NCBI GenBank assembly: GCA_910592345.1
Contig: CAJVPI010000193.1
Location: forward strand, 1-43,820
Direction: 5' to 3'
Length of the DNA stretch: 43,820 nucleotides
Origin: Paraglomus brasilianum
Lineage: Eukaryota
A model generated the notes under the pieces. It was not told where the DNA came from, did not search any database, and saw nothing but the letters and a program-made list of their open reading frames with translations. The translations under genes were made by a program, and so were the position numbers. Numbering within the stretch: the first letter of the stretch is position 1; each line of letters begins with the position of its first letter. Shown here one piece after another: positions 1 to 12,112 of this stretch.

Positions 1-76
1 ATGTCCGATCAGAATTTATGTCCATTCCGAACTGACATATGTCAGATCAGAATTTATGTCCATTCCGAACGGACAT
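1..76. repeat. Tandem repeat, two 38-bp units (may continue left of the window)
   Basis: 1-38 atgtccgatcagaatttatgtccattccgaactgacat versus 39-76 atgtcagatcagaatttatgtccattccgaacggacat (2 mismatches). The ends are self-complementary (atgtccg...cggacat) and there is a palindrome ctgacat|atgtcag at the junction. Confidence 0.85.
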
Positions 77-189
77 ACAACAGTCCTACATTCTTTGAGC
101 GGCTGTGGAACGGAATCGCTGCGGCTGGAAAATGTTGGTGTGACTCATCGGAATCACGGAAGAATACGTCAGCTAATCGTAAGTCTTGA

Positions 190-900
190 CACTAGGAACA
201 TTTGAAAGTACTGAAGACGGAAGCCTAATAGCGAATCAAGAAACTCAGTCCGTATCAGATCTTACTAACACTATTAGTCAATTAAAGCAAGTAATAGGAG
301 AATAAAGTCGGGAGATATCAAAACTGAAAAAACGTCTTAATGGATATTGTAAAGAATTAACCAGTACAAAGAAGAACAACTTGAAGCAAACGGGAATCTT
401 ATCGATCAGGGCAAGCGCGTGAAGGCTGTTATTGATATCGCGCGACTTGAACGGAAGTCTTTATACGAAGACATTGAATCCTTGATTAGTGATCTTCAAA
501 CGTCTGGCCCGAGAATCCGACCAGACATAACCACGGAATGTCAAAGATTTCGAGTCTGCTTGAAAAAGGGAATATTGTTAATCCATCAGATGGGAGAACT
601 GACTGATAATTTTTACTGATTTAGCAAAGAAAGCTCGACAGGAATATATTATTGAAGTTTTCCACAATAATAACCCAGTTTCTTTATTTAGGCCAATACC
701 AATTGCCAAACAAGAAGCAACTGCACAAGAAATGAAGCAAATCTGTCCAGAGCAGAAATTGTTTTGAAGTCCTTGAACAGGTGAAAGACATGGAGAGTTA
801 TTAAAGATACTAGAAGAGGTAAGATTTTTATTCAATTCAGAAATAGAAAATGAATTTGAGAACCAGAATAAAGAATTTTGTCAAAAAACGTCCAATAAAA
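190..900 (+). pseudogene. Degenerate coding remnant, probably TE-associated or a decayed multicopy gene
   Basis: Protein-like stretches broken by stops and frameshifts: DLTNTISQLKQVIGE*SREISKLKKRL, KRVKAVIDIARLERKSLYEDIESLISD, WEN*LIIFTDLAKKARQEYIIEVFHNNNPVSLFRPIPI. No diagnostic motif recognised. Confidence 0.3.
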
Positions 901-1254
901 ATGATATAAAAATTTATCCAATAAAAACAGCCCTTTGGCATGGAAAACTTTTAGAAGTGTCCAGAATATTCTGAATCATGTTTCTATAACATATAAGGAG
1001 CGATTGACACTCCATATTTGGTATAAGTCCTGACTGTATTATGTTGAATTGTTGTTGCAAAATAAATCTTAGACAACCAATAAAGGCTAATTTGATGTTA
1101 CTATTACTATTACATTTCAACAGTCAATAATTTTGTAGTGACTTTGTAATCACATGTTCTAACTTTGTAATGGTAATTGCTTTGTATGCTGCACTAGTCT
1201 CTGTCATGTCCTTGTGACTTTCTTCTTGTATTATAAATAGAGATTGATTCTTTA

Positions 1255-4200
1255 TTAATATGTCCTGTGTGCAGTTATAATAGGATTATTATTCCAAAGA
1301 TCCAAAAAAGTCAGAGAGGAATTTGTTTCTAGCACCTTTTCCAAAGCTGTTGTTCCTGTATTCCTAATTTGATTATACCGAAAATTTAAAGAAGTCTGAG
1401 AGGAATTTGTTTCTAGAGCCTTTGCCAAAGCCATTGCTCCTGTGTCTCTAATTTGATTGTGAGAAAGGTCCAAAGAAATCAGAGAAGAATTTGATCCTAA
1501 AGCCTTTGCCAAAGCTGTTACTCCTGTATCTCCAATTTGATTATTCCAAAGATCCAGAAAAGCCAGAGAAGAATTTGATTCTAGAGCATTTGCCAATGCT
1601 GTTGCTCCAGTACCTCCAATTTGATTGTGAGAAAGATTCAAAAATTCAGAGATGAATTTGATTCCAGAGCCTTTGCCAATGCTGTTGCTCCTGTATCCCC
1701 AATTTGATTATACCAAAAATTCAAAGAAGTCAGAAATGAATTTGATTTCAAAATTTTTGCTAAAATTATGGCTCCAGCATTTCCAATTAGATGCCCTGTA
1801 AAATTTAATAATAGACACTGATTTGGATAATTTGGTGCTTCCAATTGATCAAACAAAGATGAGATGATAACTGCCTGGAAAGAGGTCCATTTGGTTTAAT
1901 CTTTAAGAATTTAGTAATATCATCCAGTGTCTTTTTGTACTGATAAAGATCAAAATAAATAGCTGCTCTTATAATCAATGTAGGTCCTGGTTGAATTTCT
2001 ATTGACCTGTTGATATCATTTAATGCATTTTCATATTGTTGGAGGAAATAATATATCTTTCCTCTCACTTGCAATACAAGTGCATTATCTGGTTCAGTGT
2101 CTAAAAGTTTATTCAAGCTACTCAATGCATTGCCATACTTGATATTAAGACTGATATTTTCCTTTTCATTCAATGTAAGTGTAATACTTGGATCAATTCC
2201 TAATGATTTATCAAGATCATCTAATGCACAATCATATTTCTCAAGCATGAGATAAGCCTACCCTCTTAATATTAAATGCTGTGCCATTACATCAATTGAA
2301 TTATGTTTTAACAGTTTATTAAGATCTGTTAAGGCATCCTCATACTGACAAAGATTAAGATAGACAGCTGCTCTTGCAATCAGCATCCTTGTGTCATTTG
2401 GTTCCATCACCAATAATTTATTAAAATCTCCTAATGCATTGTTAAACTCATCAAGCATAGAATAAATTTTCCCTCTTACTCTCAGTGCAAATGTGTTATT
2501 TGGTTCAAGCTCTAATAATTGGTTGAAATCATTCAATGCCTTGTCATGAAGATAAAGAATGTAATAGAGGTTTCCCCTGACTTCCAATGCACATCACTTG
2601 CATTAATCTTCAATGACTGTTTAAGATCCTTAAGAGCTTGTTTGTATTCTGATTGCTGCACATAATACTTCCCACACCAAGCCCATGCTCTGGCATTGTT
2701 AGGATCATTTTTTATGGCTTGAGTTATGTAATCATACCGTTTAAATTTTCCATATATGCAACAGCAAGGTCAATTTGGATAGTTGCATTGTCAGGATAAT
2801 AAATAAGGGCTCTTTCAAGCCATAATATTACATCACTATATCTTTTTTCATCAAGAGCTTTCTTGCCTTGCCTGTATGCATAATGTAGACCTATTGGTAG
2901 CTTCATCATTTGTAGGATAGTTTTCTTTGGTTTCATTTGAAGCAAAGATAAAAAATTTGACTTGATAACAGAAGTTTCCTCATCACTATCATCATCATCC
3001 TGACTCTCCACAATTGTGTAAAATCTCTTGCCTTGTTGTTTGGTGTGATATTAATATGTCCAGCTCTGACAAATTTCTCATACAATGCTTTGTAAATTGG
3101 TGAGCTTGGTATTTTCTCAGTATCTTCCAATTGAAACTTTTTTCTACAATAAAAGCATTTTAGTTCAGAGTAGTTCATAGTCATGAATACTTCCAATGCC
3201 AAATAGCTGATTTTGTGTTTAAATGGAAGTATTCTAAAATCTCCTGTAACTTCTTGTGTAAATGGACATATAAGATGATCTGTAATCATGTCTAATATGA
3301 ATGAATCATTTGGGTTTGAGTTAAGAAGTTCTTCAGGTCTTTCTGCTTTCCGTCTTGAGGCTGGTATTTCAAAATTAGTTCTTATTCTGCTACTTGCTTA
3401 ATTAATGTATGTGTATTTTTTATCAATATATTCTCTCATGTCTTGAAACCTTCTTTTATATTGGTCAAAAGTAGTAGTAGAAAAACTTTCAGCATGTTGA
3501 TCTAGATCAACCTGCACAACAGAAAATGTGATTGGATCTTTTTTATGGAGTATCATTAGAACTTCCACTGCTTTAAATTGAATAAATTTAGTTCTTACTA
3601 TGTCCAGAGATAGTTTTGCAAGATAATAACAATGAGCCAAGGTACTAATATTTTTTGTAGATATTATCAGACTTTGAGCAATTTCCAGTATACCAAACAA
3701 CAAAGAATATGGAATTGAGTAATCCAGCATGTTTTTTAATTTAGGGTTTGCTGAAACTGCTTTATATTTACTCCATTCTTGATCTCCAAACCTCCATAGA
3801 TCTTTGATCAGCATTAACTCCCCTTTGGCAACTAAATTCTTATGAATTGGAACAGCTGACCATTCAACAAATGCTTGATACATGCTGCATAAATATCTCC
3901 ATTTCTTGTACCAATGTCCCACAGAAAATTTTGCTTGTAAAGCCTTCTGAAGGTTGTTATAAATTTTTTTAGTGGCTCTGTTATCAATTGGAGTTTCTAT
4001 AGTTGTCATAATACCAACCATATTAATATCAGATAAAGCCTCAACAGATGCAGCAAATGGAGCCTTTAGCCAGTTTATAGTTTCAAGGCAAGCAGTCTTA
4101 CTATCATAATCATTCATTGCATGGAGAGTATCATAAAGATGCATAAGTAAGAAATCATTGTTGTAATTTTGAACTTTACTTTCCTCCAAACCAGCCCATG

Positions 4201-4890
4201 GAGTTTTTAATTTTGAGTCTAATATTTTGATATGAGATTGATGAATATCATACAATTTTGTAAGATTTTCATACAAAGCTCTACAGAACTCCCTTGTCAT
4301 GATAAGAGGTTGCCTGCCAAATGCTTATAAAGCTAATATATATGTTTTAAGATGCAGTTCCAATTCAATATCAGTAGGCACATTATAGTCATTATATGCA
4401 ACATCAATTCCGATTGTTTTCAAAGCATTTTCCAATTGATCATTATCTAGAATAGTACCATATGATAGCAACAGGTTGGACAATTTAATAAGATGATCTG
4501 CTCTGTCATTCCCATTGACAATCAATTCTAAGGTTGTAGCTAATAGCTCATTTAATTCCACATTGTTCAGATTTGCAGTAAACATATATATGTTCATAGT
4601 CTTCATCGTCATCATAATTATTACCGTCACTTTCACCTTCAATGACAATGAGGCCCCCCCAAATACAAACACATCTTCAGTCTCTCTATTATCAAGCTGC
4701 TTCTCTTTCCCTTTGTTCTCGGCATTGGAGTGTCCAATTTCCTAATAAATTAAGCAATAATCACTATGAAAAGTGTATTCGATTCATAAGCGATTTCCCA
4801 ACGCTAAAGCATGCAACGAACATATTAATATGTAGTTTATATAACCATACATACCGAGGGGTCTGCTAGCTCTGAATATCGCTTATCCAT
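1255..4890 (-). pseudogene. Disrupted gene: N-terminal helical domain + degenerate RING/U-box + TPR repeats + ribonuclease-inhibitor-type LRRs
   Basis: Exon 1 4890-4855 (MDKRYSELADPS), GT-AG intron 4854-4742, then one long exon split across ORFs 4325-4672, 3398-4300, 2933-3289 (CPFT..LPFKH..CFYCR, RING/U-box-like), 2724-3011, 2258-2587 and 1805-2248 (TPRs such as ALRVRGKIYSMLDEFNNALGDFNKLL), and 1638-1856 and 1255-1641 (28-aa LxLxxNQIGDTGAxALAxAL repeats). In-frame stops at 4325-4327 and 2258-2260, plus about 8 frameshifts (for example a 1-nt shorter T run near 1641). Confidence 0.85.
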
Positions 4891-5056
4891 ACTTAATATT
4901 TTACGTAAATATAATTTGTCTGAAATTTTCTCAATTAAATATTTGGTGCTCCACAGCCAGGTAGGTTATGATTGCTTCATTTTCAACTGGCTGAACGTTT
5001 CTATTCCATCTTATGGTCCGAAACGTTGTGATACACTGCGTGGTACATGTATAGGC

Positions 5057-5219
5057 TTATGTATGTTGTACCTCAGTTGGGGACCTGTCTCAGTTCTGGA
5101 CTGAGACGACTGGGTTCTGGACTGAGTGTCTGGGTTCTGGACTGAGACAACTGAGTCCTGGACTGAGTGACTGGGTTCCGAACTGAGACAGGTCCCAAAC
5201 TCAGACACAACATGTATAA
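5057..5219. mobile_element. Small foldback/MITE-like element: 40-bp imperfect inverted repeats enclosing 20/21-bp tandem units
   Basis: 5057-5096 matches the reverse complement of 5180-5219 at 34/40 positions, with the inner 17 bp gggacctgtctcagttc perfect. The interior is four tggactgag...ctgggttc-type units alternating 21 and 20 bp. Confidence 0.6.
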
Positions 5220-6672
5220 CGTAGTAAAATGTTAATATGTTATCTCTGCATCGCGAATAGATCAACAGGGATTAAGTTTAGCCGGCGGATAAAGTTCCTT
5301 TTTCAGATCGCTGAATTGAAATAAGTATCGGACGTCACAAAGTAATCATAGTGCTTCGAATATTTCTGAGAGCGAACTCTTATCATTCAGACTATTTGAA
5401 TAATCTCGGTTCAAATAGAGGGGGGTGTAACTAAAAGCAACAAATGTAAACTATTATGCTAAACTCGAGAATTATTAAAGCAAATAGTTAGAATTTTTTC
5501 AAACTGGATACAATGATAGCCCTCATTAGCTCATCGATTTGAAAATTGGATGATGTTTGGGACGATGTTCAGTAGCTTTTGCATTAATTAGACTAAACAT
5601 AATAATAACAACGTAAATTTTTTGACTGCAAATAACACAACCACCCAACCCATTGTGTCAGAATCCCAAGCTCTGTAAAGTTATGCGATACCTAGCATCA
5701 ATGTCTGTACACGTAACTGTAACTGCGTTTTATTATAAATATAAGTTTACCAGATGTTAGCGTAATTGATGGTAGTAGTGCTGGCGAATGGTTAGCCAAA
5801 TCCCATATTTGTATCATATCGATCTGATGTTAATATTATAATTGTTAAAACTAATGCAATTGTATCAACGTCAATGTAGTAATCTCAAAATGGCTATATT
5901 AATATGAAATACTGATTTACCATATATAATATCACCTATATTGGTAATCGAAAATTTTATATGATAGGACGATGAGCTGCCCATGATCAGTTAATATTGA
6001 GGCATAAAAATGGCTTCCGATTCTATAAACCCTGAGAATAATGATAGTCCTGACTGCCAGATAGTCATCAGACTCTATATTTTAAAAAGACAGACATCCT
6101 TCATTACTGGGATACCCCTCCCCTTAATTCGTTTTTTCAATCAGACACAGCATCAATTTACTTTTTGAGGGAAGGCTGATAGTAATAGTAATGGCATTAT
6201 GCCTTAATGTTAAGTTTATACTATAAATACCAAATCCTGAAATATACAGTATTAGAAACCCCCCCCCCATCATCTTCAGTTCCGTCGATTGATCTAATAA
6301 ATAACAGTTCCACTACCTACAGCTCAACTAGAAGGTTTGAACTATTACTTATTACTATGCAGAAAGTCATAATAATAAGCCAATTGCACTAAATCCAAGT
6401 CTCATTAGCTGAAATATGTAACTATACCGTTTATTCATAAACTCAATGCCTATAGTTGACACACAGAATGTTAAAACTTATATGTGAATTTGTTATATGT
6501 TCTTTTTTGTAATTATGTTGCTTGTTCACTTCATATAAATAAGCTCATTTCCATAAAATAACTGGAGCAAGTATTACGTAAATATATTCGTATAAATGAG
6601 TCTTGGCACAAATATCAAAGACGGAATATTAACCCTGCTTGATGTAACAGCATACTTGGATCATTCAATATA

Positions 6673-7482
6673 TTAAGAAGATTGGGAATCATCGACTTCG
6701 ATAAGAACAGACGACTAAGATAGTTGACGTCAAGGTTAGTGAAAAAGACACAAGTTCATAAGAAAACGATAACTCAATGATAGGAAGGATTACTAAGCAA
6801 TCAATTATACCTGTTTATTGCGGATTGACCAAAACGGCCTCCTGCTATATTTCCATTTAATGCCTCGCCGTTGATCGTTAAGATTAAATTCATTAACAAT
6901 GCGTTCTCTCTCGTCTTCCATCTACAGCATAACGAAACAATTGCGAAGTTAGAGATTCTTTAAAATCGCTTTTCATATGCCTTCTATTTCCTTATTATCT
7001 CCATCTATTGCCTGCGTATTTTACTAACCTGTATATTCCAAATTACTGAGACATAGCTAAACATAAACTGAGTCAGCAAAAACATGGCCGTTGCGAGATA
7101 TATCACAACATCTGCATTATGCCCGCTAAAGTTTTCCGACATAACAAGAACAACAGCCATAAATCCCCCAGCAAAAAGCAAGTTAGCAAGACTGAGCAAA
7201 GCAGTTCGGATAGCGGTTATTCTTAGTGGTTTGTTTAGAGCATCCATATTTGCGGAAAACTCATCTTGATTTATCTAAAAAAGTCACATGGAAGGAGAGT
7301 GAAGAATGGAGGAGAGAGAAGCATGACAATTATCGGTAGATAAGTAATGAAACGGAGAGGACAAAACAATAAGACTTTCGATCTGTTCACTGTATTTTAC
7401 TTACATAATCCTGCAGTTCTGTGGGATATGTCTTCCGGTACTTGCCATCGATGAACCGTGCCTTCACTCGTACGGTAACCAT
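6673..7482 (-). CDS. 158-aa two-TM membrane protein, Erf4/Golgin-A7-like
   Basis: Four exons 7482-7405, 7274-7029, 6921-6811 and 6714-6673 with canonical phase-0 GT-AG introns splice to an open frame: MVTVRVKARFIDGKYRKTYPTELQDY|INQDEFSANMDALNK...two hydrophobic helices...|MEDERERIVNEFNLNDQRRGIKW...|SSVLIEVDDSQSS*. The YPxELxxxIxxxEF and N..RGIKW..VLIEV patterns recall the Erf4/Golgin-A7 domain (family call from memory). Confidence 0.7.
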
Positions 7483-9175
7483 GCTATGCTATGCTGCCAG
7501 TAAAATGGTTTAATGACATATAATCTTAGACATCTTTCAGATCAGAGTGAAGTTGTTGTATGTTGTGTGTGACAAACTGCGGGGGTGTGTGACAGGGGTA
7601 ATAATTGAAATAATACTTATATACTATACAATACAATAGAACAATCCGTGACAATTGTTGATGCACTAGTGCTATTCTATGAAAAGTCGGTTTTCATCCG
7701 AGTAGATTTATATTAATAAAATTTGCAAAGTGGGGCTTCGGTTCCTCTCTTTCCATCATTACCCGTGATCTGATCACACGTGTCTGAATAACGACACACA
7801 GGGCCTTGCCGACGAACTACGCAGATAACAGACGTAATGCTTTCGATAACTGAATTATATAAACTGGTTGAAATAAACATTTAATGTTTGAAGTTGATAA
7901 TTGTTAATTAAAGTTATAGGAAATAGCCCGATTTTGACGAGTGAATACATGTTACAATAATAATAATAAGAGAAAGCTTATTTATTTACTGATTAATAAT
8001 CTTTACACATTGACTTAGTCATCAAATACAAAAGCAGAAACATGACATGCGATTATTACAATTTAAATAATTACTGGCCGTTACTAAAAGACATTGTGTT
8101 CCAGACCCTCACCTTGATTCGTATCGTCGGTAAAGGAAAATGAATATCTTAACTAGGCTAGCAGGGACGCAGAAATAGGTTTAAAAAAAGGAGTAGCAGA
8201 TTGCATGTTTCACACTGTAGGAGTGGTTTTAAAAGGGCTTAATTGCTTGAGGACGATAAGAATTTATTTCACGTATCGACAATCATCAATAAGAGCAGAC
8301 CACTTAAATTTATCGAGTAAACATGTTACTATTGTTGTTAAGACTTGACTACTCAATTCTCCAACCGCTACCCATTAGATTCCAAGGGTTGACCACATTT
8401 CCAATTTTATGCGATAATCCCTCCCCTTTTGGCAACGAAGGAGGTGTCAATTATAATAAACGCCCTGTTACTGCATATTCTGCCTGTCGTACTGTCGTAA
8501 CGCCCCGCCCTTATTACCTTTATTAACATTTAACGTAGCGCCTATCAGGGCCTGGGGGCTTATTCTAAATTTAGATCTTTGTATTACATTAATTATCTAT
8601 GAATCAACAGCACTAATACTAACACTAACGAAAGGGACAGCAATAAATATACCCATCAACAAGAGCACCCACCAAAAATAGTTGTTCCATCGAGTTGTTT
8701 CTCTCATTAAAACATTCGATCTTAGATACTGGTGTACAAATAACACACTACCGCGCAGTACCCTCATGACGCGACTTTTTCAAAATAAAGTGATGCACTA
8801 CGTATCTGTTAGATTATCCTGATCTATTGTGGAAGTACGAACTCTGGTTTTTTAATTTGAAGAGGCTTTGGAGTATATGGCTGACTATTATTGGACAGAG
8901 CCTTCATCTATTCTGCGCGAAAAGCTACAATGCGAGAATATTATCCATTCATCAAAACGTAACCATGAATTTCCATCGAGCATTTGTTTAGCCGCCGGAA
9001 CCATAATATCACTTCGTGTAAACGAATAACGTCAAAATAGAAAGATTATACTATTGGCGCATTATCCACATACCACATACGACTACTACAGAGCAGAGTG
9101 ACGCAAAATTCTCAGTGGCCCATTGTAATTGGTCACACATATTTGGGGAGGCAAAACATCCTTCAACGGATCTCT

Positions 9176-11741
9176 ATGGATAAGAGCATCGTCGAGTGTG
9201 AATCTCTCTTTAGAAAAAATTGTCATCTGCAATTCTATCCTTACTCGGAATTTATAGAAGTAGAGCTAGCCCAAAGCTTGAACGACCAAACCGTCTATCA
9301 TGCTACATACGAATCACTGCATTTGCATGTGATATTGCGGCTGCTTGGAAACAGCGACACTTGCACGGCAGAGTTTATTGGCGAGTTTGCTAGGATATAC
9401 TCGCTTCCAGCCTATAAACATACAAATACACCGGATATAAAACAGTTCAGAAGATACTCAAAGTTGCTTTACAAACGCAATCAATCCATATATGGAATTA
9501 CCAAGGATGACGATAATTACTACTTGGTTGCTGACAGACGCTTTCCTCATTACTATTCTCTCTATGGGTTCTGTTCTGCATGTGGAAGACTCAGGTGCAG
9601 CCCTGTGTGGTGCATTTGCGGGCATAAAGAGTTATTGGATGGGTGGACAAGTAACAACAACAAACTTGACAAGTTTATCAAAAGGTCACAGAGACAAACA
9701 AAGTCAGCAAATGAAGCCTACTTGGAATGGATTCCATTTGATCGTGCGAGAATTTATGACCAGTACACTACTCACGATCTGCCAACTGTTTATCAATTCA
9801 TGAGATTGATTCCACTTGAGATGCAGTCCAAGACAGTCACGGGTTTCAAACGATGGATTAATAATATTATAAAACAAGATGATTTAGATTTGCGCAAGGT
9901 TAAGTACCAATTATTTCTGCAGACATGTCAGGTTAATGATTGCCTTTAGAGTAAAATTATTGATTTGTTTATATGTACCACTAGTTATGCAATGATCATC
10001 CAGATATACTTGACCCAAATGTATGGTCTGCTATTGGCTTTACATATGATGAAGTAGATCAAAAATATTGTCTCTTGAAAGCAATACTACATGAAGGAAC
10101 ATACTGTGAATTATGTCTGGCATGCACTGATTGTTTACACTCCAAAATAAGGGCCTTTTGTTTCAAATGTCAAGCATCAAATCCTCCTGATTGGACTACT
10201 GGTAATAAGTCTCTGGACTTATTTATAATGGAATCATGGGCTAATGTGAAGAATAGTATTGATACTTATATACAGTGGATAGAATACCCTCACTTGACAA
10301 ACATAAGAGAAATGTCACCATTACTATTACAGTATGAATGCACACATATGGCAGAGTGGCTAGGATTAACAGATAAAGGGAACCACTCAAGAAGTGTGAT
10401 ATTCAAAAAGATAGTTGATGGACAGAATGCTCAATCTTTTGATTTTTACCAGGTAAGCATTTTCAACATTAAAAGTTATTTTTCTGCCATGTGTGTTTTA
10501 TCAAAGATTGTTGTAACAGATATTAATATTGCTTTCTCCAATAGCTAACTAAAGATTACCCTGAGATCTTATTACCAGCTGATAATATTTGGATTCTTGG
10601 TATCACTCAATCACCATTCACTCGAGATTATTATTTAATATTTTACTATGACATACACACAGTCTTGAATAGAATCATGCATTGTAGTAATCATAAACAT
10701 GGGTTGAACTTTATGCAGCACAGTGAGTTTGATGAAATTGAAGAAATTGGAACTGGTGGATATGGGACAGTCTATACTGCTAAACATAAGTCACTTGATG
10801 AACATATTGCTTTAAAGAGTTTCAAGAACATTAGCCAGACACCAGAACTTTTTATTTCAGAGGTAACAAACAATCCATTGTATTATATTTAGTTGATTTT
10901 AAGTAACTCTTTTTTTTTTTAATAGTTCAGGAATCACGTTTTATGTATTGATGTGTCAATACGATTTCTCAAAATTTATGGAGCTACACAGCAACCCAAG
11001 ACAAAAGAGTACATGATTGTAATGCAATATGCAAGAGACGGTAATCTTTTCTCTCATTTGGATCAAAATATCAACAAACTGGCATGGAAGACAAAAGTAG
11101 ACTATTTGCAGTGTTTAGCATATGATCTTTCTGCCATGAATAGGCAACGATTAGTACATGGTAATCTTCACGGTGGAAACATTTATATTAATACCGAGAG
11201 ACGCAATGCTCCATCAATTTGGCCATCAATATGTGATCTCGGACTTTCTATACCAGTGGATTCCACCAAACCATGTTCGTCAACGATTCAAGGCGTTTTA
11301 CCTTACATTGCACCAGAAGTTCTCCATACTTGTAAATTTACAACGAAATCGGATATTTACTCTTTTGGGATTCTTATGACTCAAATTGCCAGTGGTGAGC
11401 CACCGTTTAGAGATTTACCATTTGACAAGCGTTTGGCAACGCGCATTTGCGAAGGATTGCGACCTGCGATGCCTGATTCAACACCAGAGTCCTATAAACA
11501 ACTTGCCAAAAAATGTTGTGATGCTGATCCTAACGAGCGTCCCAAGACTGATGAACTCAGTGGATGCATCTTTACTATACACAAGGAGGCGCACAAGTTT
11601 CATTTTGGTGGTGGTAGTGTATGGGACACCATTTACAACAATAAGAATGTAAAACCCTTAACACATATTGAAAAGGAGAGCAAATATTCTAGCAAGCTGT
11701 TACCTATTGGAGATTTGCCTAAACCAAGGAACATCGGTTAG
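9176..11741 (+). CDS. TKL-like protein kinase (probable pseudokinase) with repeated N-terminal modules, 774 aa
   Basis: Exons 9176-9898, 9985-10452, 10545-10862 and 10926-11741 splice in frame. Motifs: GTGGYGTVY, IALK, HGNLHGGN, CDLG, GVLPYIAPE, SDIYSFG, CCDADPNERP. The N-terminal part has Cys clusters followed by WTxxNxxLDxFI..(E/Q)WI motifs typical of the expanded kinases of Glomeromycotina-like fungi. Confidence 0.9.
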
Positions 11742-12112
11742 GAAATAATGAACTATATCAATAATACGATTTATTTAAACAAATACGTCAGCCACCGTCG
11801 GAGCAACGAAATCTGGATGTCTGTCATCATTATTTATTAAACGAACACCTAATAACAAATTAAATAACGTTCTATTAACCCCCTTATTTGTTATCTATGC
11901 GAAGTTGTAATTTAAAAGGTCAAATGGGCAGTATAAATAATTAATTTTAATAAAGTTGATCTTGGGAATTAATATTAATATTGGGAGATCATTCGCTGTG
12001 CTTCCGTTTAAGGTTTAGAAAATTCCTTAAAAGTTTATTGATACTGGAAGAGATCGACAACGTCACGTTATTAATAACTTCTTTCTATTGCTATTCACTT
12101 TTTACAATTATT

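Noticed and set aside
1255..4672. Programmed frameshifting or insertional RNA editing as an explanation for the split ORFs
   Set aside because: Lesions are heterogeneous, include in-frame stops and lack a common slippery motif. Pseudogenisation is simpler.
5011..5265. CRISPR-like look of the short repeats at about 5097-5180, and the 84-aa ORF over them
   Set aside because: The units are contiguous with no unique spacers, there are no cas genes and the context is eukaryotic. The ORF is a by-product of the repeat.
5410..5600. Tc1-like terminal sequence (tagaggggggtgtaactaaaag)
   Set aside because: No partner inverted repeat or transposase motif found.
8440..8707. Minus-strand signal-peptide-like start MRETTRWNNYFWWVLLLMGIFIAVPFVS followed by a GTTAGT donor
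   Set aside because: I could not splice it into a convincing downstream open frame.
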